This document shows positions 1 to 13,696 of a stretch of 64,000 nt of DNA, in pieces. Under the pieces are notes generated by a model that searched no databases, was not told the origin of the DNA, and saw only the letters and a program-made list of their open reading frames with translations. The DNA lies in contig ADNK01000816.1 in assembly GCA_000320545.1 (NCBI GenBank), positions 42,570 through 106,569 on the forward strand. Direction: 5' to 3'. Position numbers and translations under genes: made by a program. Each line of letters starts with the position of its first letter. Position 1 is the stretch's first letter. The stretch is from Bigelowiella natans CCMP2755. Its lineage: Eukaryota; Protista; Cercozoa.

Positions 1-517
1 AAATTACAACTTTCAGTGGATTATCGTCGGCAATTGCTATTTCATATGTCAAAGTGTCCATTTCGTTCCTCCTTGCATTTTCGATCATGGGCTCCATCCA
101 TTGCAGAAAGTCTTGCAAGTCGCTCTTATTCTGAAATTAGATCAGACTTTAGTTGAGTTATCCACCAGGGTGCTCTATTTCACACACCTTGAATTCCAAA
201 TTGACGAGGAGCACAAACACACCCGGTGAAGCAGGGGCTCTTGCTTGTCCCTTTGTCGCCTCCATAACGGTTGCACCTCCATTATTGCCGTTCCCCATGT
301 CGGACGCAAGAGCTATGAATAGGACTACCATAATTGCTGCTGAAACTACAATCATTGGGCGTACTCTGCCGCTTAAGCCGCCTGATAGGTTACGAAAATA
401 TGTGATGCATGCACTTTGTACCAGTCCAGTGTCCACAAACCTGCTATCGCAGGAAGTGCACTCGTCATTCGTCGGTCGTAGTATCAGCTCCTTTCCTTAC
501 CTCGTCCCCGCAGCCAT
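1..517 (-). CDS. ABM (antibiotic biosynthesis monooxygenase)/dimeric alpha-beta barrel domain protein with N-terminal hydrophobic segment; 3' end outside window
   Basis: Spliced reading VFVLLVNLEFK|NKSDLQDFLQWMEPMIENARRNEMDTLTYEIAIADDNPLKVVI (GT-AG intron 131-187) fits the ABM pattern. The start is uncertain (ATG at 517 with an extra intron, or MIVVS near 355). Confidence 0.7.
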
Positions 518-949
518 TGAGCACACTCTACGTCCCCTCCCCCGTGGCAAGCAGGAAAGCGTGTGTTCGGCCGTCCAGCAGGGGGTGTGCAGGCTACGTG
601 CAGCGCTTCGGGAGCAGACAAAAATATCAGCGACTTTTATTCTACGACACGATGATCCGACGACAAACGCTATGCCGTGGTATTGTCCGACGCGTCATGA
701 GAAGGGGTTGTCGCAAGGGCAAGAATTCCCGATATTTTCGAGACTTTCCCACTTGTGAATGAATTAGGCCGGATATTCGTTGTCGCATATATAGAAACAC
801 AGGTGACTAAATAATAAATTTTGCATCTTTTTGCAGAGTCGAGAGAAGACTCCCATTCCCCTTGAAGAAAGGGCTGGAAATGATGAGGCAGAGCGAAGCG
901 ACGCTTAGAACCTGCTAGCGTTAGGAGGAAATAGTCGGTAGAATATAAT

Positions 950-2260
950 ATGCCACGGTCTGGCGGAGCTGCCCAGCAGGCGAGGATTGTCAGAGAAATC
1001 GTAAATCATCTGAAGAAAACGAGGTCTTACTCTCGCTGATGACCAGACCCAATAACAAGCTGAATGTTCACCGATCAAAATATTTACGTAGGGGGAGCCT
1101 TTCCTTCGATGATATTAAGCGGATGTTCAAGGTTTTACGCGTTTGTGAGTTCGAAAGTGGAGTTTGCTGATTGAGGATGCCTCTCGTCATCTCAGGTGGA
1201 TTTGAACTCAAATAGCTACCTCTTGGTCGAATTGAGGAATCACCGGCGGTTGGATAATGAGAAGGGCGGTGGAAACACCTTCATGTACAATGTAAGAGAA
1301 ACCCCGAGAAGGATTTAGAAGAAAGAAGTACCTGTGTGATAGTGGGGGTGGAAGGTTTAATGCTGAAAATGTAGAAAGCGCTGACACTGTGGGTGACAAG
1401 TCGTCCGTCACAATTTTTACAATTTTATGTGTTTGAATTCAAACAATGCTTCTTCTTACAGCCGGAGATATCCCAAGTCGGCAACAAAGAGCAGCTTCTA
1501 AATAAGATCCAGTGTGCGTGGCCGGTAACACTGATCTGATTATTTGGGAAATTTTGATTTGCTCTGCCACTTGCATTGAGGAGGAGGACGTGTGTCAGTA
1601 TCTGATAAATCAATGCAAATAGGGGATTGAACGTGAACACCTCGAGGATGCTTTCATAGGAGCAAAGGAAGCCCTACAGGTTGGGAGAGTGAGAGTGATG
1701 ATTCGACTGCCCATTGACGGCCTGACGCAAGAATTGAGAATGGCGTGGTGTGGATGCGATCAGGACCTGATTGACGAGAAGAAAGTTCTTGTTATTTCTA
1801 GTAAAAAGAGCGCTAATACCAAGAAGGAAATTGTTTTCCCGGTCAGTGGTCGATAACGTGTGCCGTCCACACACTCCACACCGCCAACCCGCATCGTCAC
1901 CGTTGTTATCCGAATATCTTGCCAGATTTCCACCAGCATCTTCACAATCGATCAAGACATAAAAGATATGTGGGCAAAAGTTAGAATCCCCTACAACACC
2001 GGTCAGTTCTCACTCAAAGCTACGATAGTACTACTGCTTTATGAAAGAAGGTGCGAAGGTCCGTCACGTCAAACTCTCACGTTACTCTCTTAACACCTAC
2101 AGAGACAGAGCTGGAGGATGCTTTAGTGAGGAATGGGCAGATAAGCGCAAATTCGTAATGATAAGAACCCTTCGACTATAGCAGCATAATCCAAAGAGGA
2201 GAATAATTGTCCCAATTTTCGTGAAAGAAACCCATTGTTGTTGGTTGTGTACGCTGGAAA

Positions 2261-2308
<48 letters not shown>

Positions 2309-2611
2309 CATGTATACATATATCTGTGTTTTAATTAGGGTGAGACAAAAGAACGATGCCCGTGCCAAGACCAGGGGTCTTAAGCGCAAAGTAAAGGTAA
2401 ATGTAGATGATCAGATTTTGCAGTTGGTGCGCACTTTTCTCTCATTTGTTCACACGCCTTTTGTGGCCCTGATTGCGACTTACGCATGCGTCAGGAAAAA
2501 CGGGAAAAAAGGAAGAAAGTGAAAGAATTGACGAACAAGCATATGTTGAACGACAAAGAACATTCGTCATGGCTGGAAAAAATGACAAAAGGCGGAAGGA
2601 ATCGGTCATAA
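950..2611 (+). CDS. TFA2: Transcription initiation factor IIE subunit beta
   Basis: Multi-exon assembly: IVNHLKKTR-GSLSFDDIK, LRNHRRL..NTFMYNPE..NKEQLL, GIEREHLEDAF, KEIVFP, IDQDIKDMWAKVRIP, and a basic tail with LTNKHML, stop TAA 2609-2611. The order and motifs match TFIIE-beta. The start could lie further upstream. Confidence 0.8.
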
Positions 2612-3382
2612 GAATCATTGTTACTGGAAATGGAAAGAAAAATTACATCATTTGGCTAGTCATCACAAGAAAGCGAGTGACTACTGAAATTAACACACTA
2701 GTGTATGCCATGCTAGCTATTGTGTGGGCGGCGGTCACTCAAGCTAGTTACGCATTTACCTGCATGTCAAAGTTGTGCGCATTTTTGAATAGCGCAGGTG
2801 CAGTTTGTGTACATCGCTATGTACATATCGCTATCGCATTCTAGCATTACACACATAGATGCTGTCGCCGCTGCTTTAGCTACATTAAGGTGACTATTGA
2901 AAGATTTAATCACATCATCACATCCGTCTCATGTCTTACATCACACCAACAATTACTAACTGAGACGTCTCGGCTCCATCACGTACACCCCAACATTGAT
3001 CTGCATGCAACCTGAGACGCCGCTTGCACTTGCTACGCAGAACGAGAAACCTCATGTCTAGATGTGTTGTTTGTTTTATAATTGTCATCATCGTTGCTGA
3101 TGCTTGCTACTAACATTTGCTAGTTTGCGTGCTGCTACACAACTACTACAAGCTGGTGCCAGCGACAGCAGCGCGAGACTAAATAATATGTTAGAATGAA
3201 TACATCTAGGCATTGATAGCAACTGCTATCATCTTTAAGTGAAGAATTTGAATAATTGTCATGAGCATATTCCTATTAGGATATGTATAATGCAGTAGTG
3301 CCCTTGCTAGCTTGGTGTGAGGATAATAATCCGGTAGCTTGAATGCATGCAGTTCGAGACAGCTTCATTTGACGAGTAATCA

Positions 3383-4877
3383 CTACGATAAAATGTGCCA
3401 GGATCCGTCAAGCCAGATACCCCATCCTTGCAATGTGGCCCGATACCACTCTATGTCGCCTTCCAGTGGCACTAAAGTTGCACACATATACATGTGCATT
3501 CGAGAGATATTTGTTATACGTAAGAGCAAATATAGTAACCCTTATGTTTATAAGAAAATCAAGTGATTTCTACGGAAGCATCGTCACTCTTTCGTCATCT
3601 CATTCGCAAAATCATCTCATCGGTATATTGTACTTATTTTCCGATTAGCCCCGCGCTCATGAAAATTGATACAAGGATTAAGATATGACATTGTATAAGA
3701 TGTATAAACACACATATGCATACAATATATATATATATATATATATATGGGAGGAAAGATGAAATGTTGTAATGTCGATGTGCGACCATTGAAAGAAGGT
3801 ATGCAATGAAGCTCCATTCCCGAATGCAGCGCAAGGGTTCCCACTCTGTATCTATCAATGTTATCATCATTCATTTTGCGCTATCGACGATGGTGATCAA
3901 AAGCACCCAAGCTACTGCACAACCGAGGCTACCAAAACAAAACAAAACGCATCTCGGCACAAGCTCCTCACGTACTTGTGTATGTGAGAGGGGAGTTCGT
4001 AGGCCTGCGCATTGCTAATGGGTTCGATGTCGTTCAGCTCGTAGTCCTTCCTGTCAAACCGATGCACACGTAAGCGCACATTAGTCACCGGAGATCATCA
4101 GGGTTTGCCTCCACCTTCCTGCCTCCATCTTCCCCCCCCATGATTAATACCATATGTTGTTGAAAGAGTCGTGATATGCGTGGTAGATTTTAAGTCCATG
4201 GCCATTCTAAAATAGTTACTAGTAAGTAAACTATCGCCCAAGGAGGCTCCTGCCCCGTGAGAAGCAGAGAAGATGAAGGAGATTATGTCACACAAACCAC
4301 GGGCAGTTTGATTGGGAGCGTGAAGGAAATAGAGTGATTTGTCTGGGTGCCTTCGGGCCAGTCCATACTCTCTATGACACCGTCGAAATGGGGGGGGCTA
4401 TGGAACTGAGTGCCACATCAACGAAGAATCAACGTGTAGCAATCGTAGTTGGGAAACATCGAATACAGCATATAATTATTATCAGCATCTATATCTGCAT
4501 CTTCATCATTGTCTTCGTAGCCGTGGTACCTTGTTAACAATCTCTCGAGCCTCTCGCGACTTGAGAACCTGATTCAACATACATCACGGTGAGGCTACGA
4601 ACAGGGGGTTTCCGCAGAAAGTGTGAAAAACAACATGGCAGGCATCTGTCTTTAATATGCATGTTCATTTTTTTCCTTCCTTCCCTTTGGCACGAATGGT
4701 AGGATCAGATATGCGAGATGTAGGCATGTCCTTCTATGTCTATGTGGTCAATAAGGCTGCTTAAACGACGACAACCTCGGAAGAGAGGATCCTGAACGCC
4801 AAATGATGTCCTCTGTACAACCGGACAGGTTCTCCCAACTGAGACTCTAATGTCTGCACCACCTACCAATACATATT

Positions 4878-4913
<36 letters not shown>

Positions 4914-5879
4914 GTAACATGTTCATTTTATTTCGGCATGGAGGAAAGTCAAGGCAGAGGGGGTAGGATAAATTAGGATCGTGTTCATAAGCGTTGAAGT
5001 CAACGCCATTTAGTACTTGAAAAAAATAGCAGAAGAGTCCTTGCTAGTGAACTAATAATTACCCGTGTATCATACCTGCTTATAAACTGGCCCAAAGTGA
5101 TCCCACATCACTCGATCAATCTATCCATAGTATTAGTCTATCAGTTTGGTTTGCAATACGCAAATACGTTCGCATCGTGTTCTCCGTAATTGACCTTAGC
5201 CACCATTTCTTTGCACTCCTCATCGTTCATATAGTTATGGATCGCGCCCAGCGTGAAATAGCTTATACCTGACGGTCATTAAGAATTGCGCAAGGGGAGA
5301 TTATAGAAGTGCAAAGTTGCTAACATATTGTGCCGTTAAAGAGTAAGTCCTCACCCAAACTTTTCAGTATTCTTTCGTATCCCGGAATGCTTTTAATTGT
5401 GTCTTCTGAGCCAGCTTCACGAGTGACCCACTGCTCACGCAGCTTTAGTAATCGTGCGAAGGTTTCTTCTGCAAGCTCTTCATGAATGCACGGGAGATCA
5501 ACGGGCTCTCGGAAGCCATGATGGTACACTGACAATTATTTCTCCATCAAAGAGTGAAGATGATGATCATAGAAACGCTGAGGGGGCTATTCACAGTAGC
5601 ACAACTTACAAGGGAACTGACGGTGGAGATATTCACAGCAGCACAACTTAGGCTCTACAAGGGAACTGACGGTGGAGACTATTCACAGCAGCACAACTTA
5701 CAAGGAAACTGACGGCGGAGACTATTTCTGGGAGCTTGGCCTGCTTCTTCTTCTTCTCCGATATCGCATGCCTGTGAGGAGGCAGCGCACGTACCCTCAT
5801 CCTCAGACGGGCCTTCAGCTCTGTCGCCGTTGGCAATCAGGATACCAATGACGGTCAGGGCTGCTCTCCACAACCCCAT
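3383..5879 (-). CDS. Putative 2OG-Fe(II) oxygenase of an uncharacterised bacterial-type family, with N-terminal signal peptide
   Basis: Exons give MGLWRAALTVIGILIANG (signal-like), LLKLREQWVTR, YFTLGA, PHFDG..DW..SISFTLPIKLP (HxD), YRVGTLALHSGMELH (distal His) and RATLQGWGIWLDGSWHILS* (stop 3383-3385). Confidence 0.7.
4881..4909. repeat. (TA)n microsatellite in intron
   Basis: Perfect AT run. Similar intact runs occur at ~3727-3748, 15543-15578, 38196-38212 and 43299-43320. Confidence 0.95.
5587..5721. repeat. Three-copy ~43-49 bp tandem repeat spanning an exon/intron junction
   Basis: Unit CTATTCACAGCAGCACAACTTACAAGGGAACTGACGGTGGAGA at 5587-5629, 5630-5678 (6-nt insertion) and 5679-5721. 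Confidence 0.9.
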
Positions 5880-6223
5880 GGGCTCACTCTACCCACCCAC
5901 CTCCTGTGCGCGGTTGGTGGATCAACAAATGGAAATGCAAGCACGAGGTGAGGGCCCCAACGAGGTTACCTTTTGGACCCTGCGACATCTCACATTGGGT
6001 TGTCACAGGACAAAAATAGGACCCTTTTCACCTATTGTTTCAAAGAGAAGCCCTTCTACCCGTCGGGTTGGAAAAAAAAGTGGATGCGATTAGAAAATGC
6101 GACAATCTTTTTCTTTGTCGCTTTATGTAAAATCGAAAGAGAACCCATCCTCAAGCAGAACCATCATCTCCCCCACTAACTCGGGCTTGCCAAAGCGAAG
6201 TGACGAGAATTGCCAAGGGGGCA

Positions 6224-8769
6224 ATGAGAGGGATAACGAGCATTCATAAGGGTGGAACGAGAGGGAAACGAAGTCGTACTTCATGGAAGCCAATGCCACC
6301 GATCTCTGAGAGCCCGGCCGCTAATTGCAAACCTAGTACAAATCGGCCCAGCGCTAACGGAAAGCAAAAAAGGCATAAGTTCATGCCATGAAATTTTGAT
6401 ATGAAACAATTTACCTGAAATCTATAACTATATCTATAATGATGGGCACCTTTCCGCAAGGCTACGTACAATATTTATATAATGTCCCCCACCGCTCTAG
6501 GTACACTCCATGGACGTTACTGGCACCGGGTGAAGAGCCGCCTCCTGATCTCACGAGCACCAGTCGATGCAAGGAGGACGATGAAGAGATGCATCAGAGA
6601 AAGAGACCAAGGAAAATCGCAGCTAGAAAAGTGTTTCCGTCATCCTCAAAAACAAACAAGGAGAATAAGAACAGTAGAACTGCCTTGAAAGCAGCAACCA
6701 AGAAGGCAAAAGAAGAGGCCGTCATAGCGGCCGAAAGAAAGATTCTCGGAGAAAGTGCAAAGACGAAATCGGAAACATCAAAGGTTAACGGGTCAGCTAG
6801 AGGTCTGCCAGTGGAAGATCTGGCAGGAGACACACCAGGCAATCAAACTGTAAAGTTCACCTTAAGATTGCCTGGTGAAACGTTAGATGCAGTTCAATCG
6901 GATAAATTGTCCTTCCGTCTTAAGCCAGATATAAAGCCTGGGGACTTAGTTGTGATTCCGCGCACAAATGAGGTGGGTTTCCTCCGCTCTCATGTCCGTG
7001 CTAGTCAGAGCCTGCTTAACTGAAATAGCAACTGAAATGATCCCCGTATCATCGTTGTTATTATTATTATTCATTATTATTACCACAGAGATTGACGTAT
7101 GGCAAAGTTGTCAAACTATTTAAGGCGTCGGGAAATATCAGAGTAAATGTAGATCCCAACAAGATGACAACTTGCAAGGTTGAGACTTCGCTATTGATTG
7201 CCCGGTTAAGTCGGTTGCAATGGGCATCATCGCTGCCAATTTTTATTTAACTTGCTTTCAAGGTCTCCCCCCTCTCTCTGATTTGTGTGCCCCTCTATTT
7301 TTCTTCCCTGTACAGACTCTTCCCCCTTGCCTTGTTGGCATGATTCACAGCAACCAGGTAGTAATAGGAGAAGCTGTCGTTGTAATTCTTGTGATTTTAA
7401 CATTGCCATCCTGATGAGCATCATGAAGTAGTTGTGGTAGTAGCAGTTGTTGTTTTTGTTCTTGTTGTAATTTGTGCGAATCGTTTTTTTGTGCCACCCA
7501 GGACAAAGAGAGCATACGCGGATTGCGAGATGTCGTGAAGAATAACATCCTAGGTGGTTTGTTCTCATCGAATGACTTCACACATCGCGAAGTAGTATTA
7601 CTTAAATACACAAACACCAAGCATTCTTGTCCCGAGCATCTCGGATTATCGTTGTGTATTTTAGAAGCTATTCCCAAGAAAGAGGTGGATTTTTTTTGCA
7701 TCTCGCAGTCATTGCTTATAAACACTAAAGCGCGAGAAATCGCCCATCCGCTTCTGCTTTCTGAGACAAGCACGAACTTAGCAGTCCCATCCCCCCCCCC
7801 CCCCCCTTCTTTCCTTCTCCCGCCTTCCAACTGTTCAATGAAAATTAAAGGGATCGAAGACATCTACTCCCACATGAAAGCAAAAGAGGACAAAACGGGT
7901 TATGAGATTGAGCAGGTGGTTGTGGCAGTAGGAAAGAGAGATGGAGAGAGATAGAGAGAGGGAGAGAGAGAAACCCCGGCAATGTAACCCCGTTTCGATG
8001 TAGTAATTACTCTTATTCAATCCTGTTCGCATGATGACAAAATAAAAAGTCTTTCCTTTGTATCCTTCTCTTCTTCCGCCCCCTCCTTCCAGTGCCTGTT
8101 CGTGGCCGTGTGGCAGGCCAGAAAGATGTTCCAGAACTGCGATGCGATGCAGGTGGAGGAGGGGGTAGAAGATGGGTGGGGAGTAGGAAGAGAGGTTTCC
8201 GTGTTATTTATAACAGTGGTTGGCACTTTTCTGATGTGGATTCACACAGATAAGATCCATGTTTCCATACTTCCTCTCACACGTATATCATCATCACGCA
8301 CCATAGTAGTAATAAGAACGTACAAGCAACAACAATAATAACAACACCTTGCTGCAGAGGAAGGCGAGCAAGATGATAGAGGCTGCAGAGGTTTGAACTG
8401 TAATTACGTCCCCTGACTCCCCGGGCTGCTCTTTCATCCACCCCCCCCGCCCCTCTTCCTCCCCTCCTCCCCCTCGCTCTCCTGGCGCAGAACTAGGGAT
8501 AATGCAAAGGAATGAAGGGAAAATGGTCTTTTTTTGTATTCCGCAGGAGAAACGTCGACAGTCAGAGGAGAAAAGCAAGAAACTTGAGAAAGCACTCAAG
8601 GTAGTTGTGTTAACATGCTTCAGGAATAATGTAGGGTGTGAGTCGTAGTAATAGTAGCTGTTATTCTTGTTCTTCTTGCCACGACGTCTACCAATGAAAT
8701 TTTAAAAGAGGACGAGCCATTCCCACTCCCCCCCCTCCCCCTTGTCTGTTATCGACAGCCTCAGCAACA

Positions 8770-8815
<46 letters not shown>

Positions 8816-8987
8816 CACGCAACCTACAACGAGCAGGCTCGAGATCAAGAATTGAAGGTACTGCGCAGCCAGCTCAACGATAAATCCCTGGAAGCCACAC
8901 AGTATAAGCATCAGGTTTATGACCTCCGGGAATTTAACGGTAATGTTGTTATTATTGAGTTGTGGTGATGAAGGTAGTGGTGGTAGC

Positions 8988-9022
<35 letters not shown>

Positions 9023-9662
9023 TAGTAGTAGTATGGGGGGGGGGGGGTCCAATTCTATCTCGCCCCTTCCCTTCTTCCTCCTCTCTTCCCGAAATGATAA
9101 GCACAAACATCCTGCCCAGGGGTTTATCAGCAGGACTTCACGAAAACGCGGAAGGAAAACAGCAGATTGCGAAAGCAAACCCAGAAGCTGAAGCAGCAGA
9201 TCGCCGCTCTGAAGGGCGAAGTCAGCCGCCTTGAGAAAGGTAGTAGTAGTAGTAGTAGTAGTAGTAGTTAATCTGTGATGGATGGGCAGCAACTAAGCCA
9301 TCCCGCCCCAGCCAGCAAGGAAGTCGATTGATCGGCCAAAATGACGATGATGTTATATCAAAGGGGTTTATGTTTTGTCTTGATTTGGGAACTTTTCGTG
9401 GTTGTTCCTTGGAGGGTGGACCAACACCTTTCAGATCTTCTTTTCTGTCGCACCGATATGAATCGTGTAGTACCATCCTCCTGATGCATCGTTCCTGCTT
9501 ATTCCCACAGCGGCAGAATGGCTGAATGAGACGGAGGTTTCGGGAAGCCGAACACTAGATGAATCCTCGATCGTCAGCATTGACAGCAACGATGATGATG
9601 ATAATGATAGCGATGAAAGCAGCGAACCTACCGACCCGAGGTTGAGCAGGCGCGAGGAGTGA
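6224..9662 (+). CDS. Hypothetical multi-exon protein with basic N-terminus, small beta-barrel-like segment and C-terminal coiled coil
   Basis: ORF 6439-7023 splices to LTYGKVVKLFKASGNIRVNVD. Later exons read EKRRQSEEKSKKLEKALK and TRKENSRLRKQTQKLKQQIAALKGEVSRLEK. The acidic last exon ends at TGA 9660-9662. The full exon chain is not resolved. Confidence 0.5.
8772..8812. repeat. (CA)n microsatellite in intron
   Basis: Perfect CA run. Similar runs occur at ~10570, 12112, 19322, 35055 and 63210. Confidence 0.95.
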
Positions 9663-10161
9663 GGGCAATGAAGCTGGTGGTGACACATTATTGCTAGCGG
9701 CAAGAGGGATCTTTGAATTTTCTGAACAATGCTCCATTGCACAGTGCAGCCATGAAAACATGACGCCATATGCGTAGCACACATTAACGTACAAAACGCC
9801 AGCCGCAAGTACAGGCTAGTATATAGTAGGCTGTCGGTGTCCCAGGCATGTATCGACGCACGCTGCTAGCATACGTTCGTGACACAAGCTATAGACAGTA
9901 CGGTGCATGCTGTGTCTATTATGTGCATGTATTAATTTAACTATGAAGCTAGAGACAAATGACGCGTACAAGCCGTGGCTAAATCTACATAGTTATGCTA
10001 GAATAGACACATGGCTACGGGCACGCATGAGCGAACAGTGCGGCACGCACATTAGATGTGACGCAATCAGCTAGTCAGCCACACCACACACAAGGTAGAT
10101 TAGGGGATTGAAAAGCATGGGGTAGGAACTGTACATGTAGTAGTATTGATTTGGACAATGT

Positions 10162-10569
10162 TCATACTTCATTTGGAAACAATATGGTTTCTTCAGGTCC
10201 GAGGGATGCTGACGCCTCCCCACCTGCCAGAAGTGTGTTCAGAAAGCTCTGATCCTGCTGGAAGATTTTCGGTCCAAAGGTAACGGTCGGTTCAGACTCT
10301 GGTATCAGACCGCCAATCTACGAGTGAAAGACAGCAAATGAAGCAGCAATACAAGTCGTGGCTAGTGTTGCAATTGTCAGCTTCGCTCGCTCATAGTAAC
10401 CTTTAAGGTCGCCGCCACGAGCTCAGAACAGAAGAAAGCGCGCTTGCTCCGGTCCTTTTCTAGGGAACTCGACCGCACGCAAGGTCGACAGCACATTGCA
10501 GGGGACCAGCGGTATGGCCTTAGTTTGAGAACACATCGACATATTTTTCATATATGGGCGCGCGCGCGC

Positions 10570-10604
<35 letters not shown>

Positions 10605-12108
10605 CATGTATGTGGTTATAAGGTGAAAAGCATCTTCTCCCCCTCCTCGCCTTCCTCCCAATGAAGCGAAACAGATGTGCCTCAGAATGGGTTTGTATGC
10701 ACCACTTTCCTCATCAGCGAGCCAGCAGCCAGCTAGCTACCCACTCACCTTTGGATCACTTGATCCAGCCATGTGTGCACTTTGCTGTCAAACTCCGCAT
10801 AGTCCTTGGGGGAGCCTATGATGAGCCTCCTCAAGACGATAGTGTGGTACTGTCTATACCAATTGTGCACGAAGAAATCCGAGAATCGAAAGATGGCCAC
10901 GCCGGTGTTGCCAAGCGTCTCGCACACGCCTAACGGTTCGCCAGCCCCCTGACACACGAATAATGAAACCCCCCATAAGTGAAATCACCAGAAGTAAAAG
11001 GAGGGCCTGCCTGCCTCCTCCCCATCATAGTATTAGTCCACACTACATGAATGAGTCAGCACCTTGACTAGGAACGCGACATGGTTATATTCCATGCACA
11101 TAGCGCCTCTGATTCCGGCGTTGGCGCATCCGCGAGTCGAGAAGAGCAGCACGTCGCCGGTGTTTCCCGTCTCCATCACAGATTGGAACGACACGGTAAT
11201 TCTGCTACCTCCAAGGGAGCAGTTTGCCTCCCTGGCGATACCCGTCGCCTCATCGTGATGGCCCTCCCCACCTGATGATGATAATGATGATGATGATGCT
11301 GATGCTGAGGATGATGTTGATACCGGTAGGTTTATGAGGGGGGGGAGGGGGAGCAAGTTTAACACGCGCAATTTTTGCTGAAACAGATACCTGCTCCTGT
11401 TGGATCGTTGTTGTCTTCGCCGATCGTGCTCGCTTGAGTCATCATCTCACATGTGTAAGGCCGGTGCCAAATCACTGATTCTTTCCTGTCGGGTTCGCCA
11501 ATGCTGCCGCCCTTTGTCGCCGATGATCCCTTCATCTATGCAGCATGTATCATCACCCAGAGGAGAGTCACACTCATTAAAAGGTATGGGGGAGCTTGCA
11601 AGGAGATAAAATATATTGGTATGTAAAAGCCACCAGCGGCCCACACTGTATCTCCCTAATGGTGAGACATAAGGATATTCTTGGTCTACTAACAGTAGTG
11701 GTGATTAGATGATGAAGAGGGCGATGGCAAGCAAGTTTATAGTTATTTCACCTGGAGGAGAGACGATATCGTTGCCATAGTACAACGTTGGTGCTGAGAT
11801 ATTCCGCCTCCAAAGGGTGCCGCTGCTGTTGCCGCCGCTTTATCGTCTTGCCTCGGCGATGCAGCGAGTTCTTTGCCCTTCGTGGACAACGACTGTGTAT
11901 TCACGTCGTGCAAAGGAGGTAGCGTGCGCGGCTTCGAAATCGATTCTGTTGAAGTAGATTCTTAAAATCAATGTGTGTGCCCTTTGGTTTGTCGCTCGTG
12001 ATTGAAAATGAAGAAATACGTGTAGGATTCGTAGCAAAGCAGGTCAAAGTGGCTTCTGTAGGGCTAGCTGTTTTTAGCAGTAGACTTGTACACGTACAAG
12101 TACACGCG

Positions 12109-12150
<42 letters not shown>

Positions 12151-13224
12151 CATGGGCTGTCACCCCACGAGGTGCCAGAAGTGATGTCGTCGACTTCGGT
12201 ATGTCTATTGATCGAACTACCCGTTTGGCGAATTGTTTCCTCGCGTTCTCCTCCTTTCGGGCTCTTCCCCGCTGATATTGTGTTCTTCGGGAGAGAGGGA
12301 AAGGGGAAGTATGGGCGTCGACTTGTGCCGCTCGAGAGCGGCCTTTTGTTAGGCGACCGAACAGGGGAGTCGATGTGTCCGGGAAGGGCGGAGAAGCTGG
12401 GCTTTTGGCCTTGGGTTTGATGACTGCTGCTGTCCTGCATTCCTTCTCTTATATAATCGGATAGAGGCACAGCTTTCCGCATGGCCGGCCTCGACGATCG
12501 TTGTTCAGCTGAATTTGGCTGATTGGAGCGATTATCAATCGTGTCACTGGTTGCCTCTTCCTGGCTGTAATCCCGCACGCTCTCCGCTTGATTCGTGAGC
12601 GTGTTCATGATTGCAATTTTGCTCTGTCGCCTTTTAAGCATCCTTTCATCCTGTTTGGTATTGTGATCGACATGTATTATTCTAAACTAATTAACATATA
12701 TTCATTCTGTCGCAACATATATTCTTGAAAGTGTGTCCGTCCAATTGCATCGTTGCCAGTGCATGCATGGAGCGAATATATTCGCATTGTCACGCATACT
12801 ACCGAGACAATCTTCTTCCTTGAGCTGTCAGGAATCGCGAGGATGCTGAGAATAGAGCGCCGAGGGTTCTGAAGCGGCTCTCGTGGGGACACCTTCGAGG
12901 CCCTACGCTGCAATCTGGCTCGTAGGTCTATGGTGGGCGTTCCATCAATTTTGCTCGGTTTCTGGGGATACAGTACGTATTTGTTTTCAAATTGTGTGTG
13001 GAATCAACTCAAATACGCTAGTGTGAACATACCCAGGCCTCAGAGATTCCGCAGCAACCTGGCTGTCTCCTCTTCTCATCAACAACGGGTCCCTGAGGAC
13101 GCTGTTGGCCACGCGTCTTCGATTCTCCTCTTTCAAGGTCCCCACCTCCACCCCCATCTTTGGCATCTTCTACCGCCTTAACCAGTGTCGTGCACCCTTT
13201 TCCGATCTCCGGTGTACTACTCAT
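10162..13224 (-). CDS. Permuted papain-like amidase (NlpC/P60 superfamily, YaeF/YiiX C92-like) with long low-complexity N-terminus
   Basis: TGDVLLFSTRG..IRGAMCMEYNHVAFLVK (catalytic His first), then IVLRRL, LRPYRWS and AFFCSELVAATLK (catalytic Cys). Stop at 10162-10164; start uncertain. Confidence 0.75.
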
Positions 13225-13371
13225 TTTGCTGCAGACCTCGTTACACCCACCAGGGTGGGCTTGAAGTGGTCGCCGAAGATGGCACGAAACCCGTAACGCC
13301 CGATCTTACCGAAACGCTTCAATTTGGGGGTTTTCGTCGCGTGTGACCGTCGTACAACTCGTGGATGCTGC

Positions 13372-13407
<36 letters not shown>

Positions 13408-13696
13408 AAGCCGCAACGATGGGCATCAACAAAATATCGAGGGAATACCCTGGGTTTTTGGTCCTGCGACGAACGCTGGCTCGGGGACCCATTTAACCGT
13501 TAATTTCTCCCTGTAGTTGTGTGGAGCGAAAATGTAGGTGATTTCGGCGCATAAATTACTACCGTCTTTTCCTCATTGCGACGTGGATTATTGATTGTCG
13601 CACATGTGTTGTCCTAGTGGAGCCTTGCATCGAATTTCTGTACGGAGAGCCACCATACTCGTACCCCCCTACGACTCCTCCCACCGGCTCTAGAAC

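Noticed and set aside
5587-5721. CRISPR-like repeat array
   Set aside because: The units are contiguous with no unique spacers, the context is a eukaryotic intron, and there are no cas genes.
3383-5879. 2OG-Fe(II) oxygenase as the DNA-modifying enzyme behind the TpA loss
   Set aside because: It has a signal-peptide-like leader and no TET/JBP or AlkB-specific features or DNA-binding domain; proximity alone is not evidence.
8813-9292. ORFs with poly-L/V/S/T/M/H tracts (also 20016-20453, 28851-29141 and 40313-40622)
   Set aside because: These are translations of intronic trinucleotide microsatellites or the antisense of real exons.
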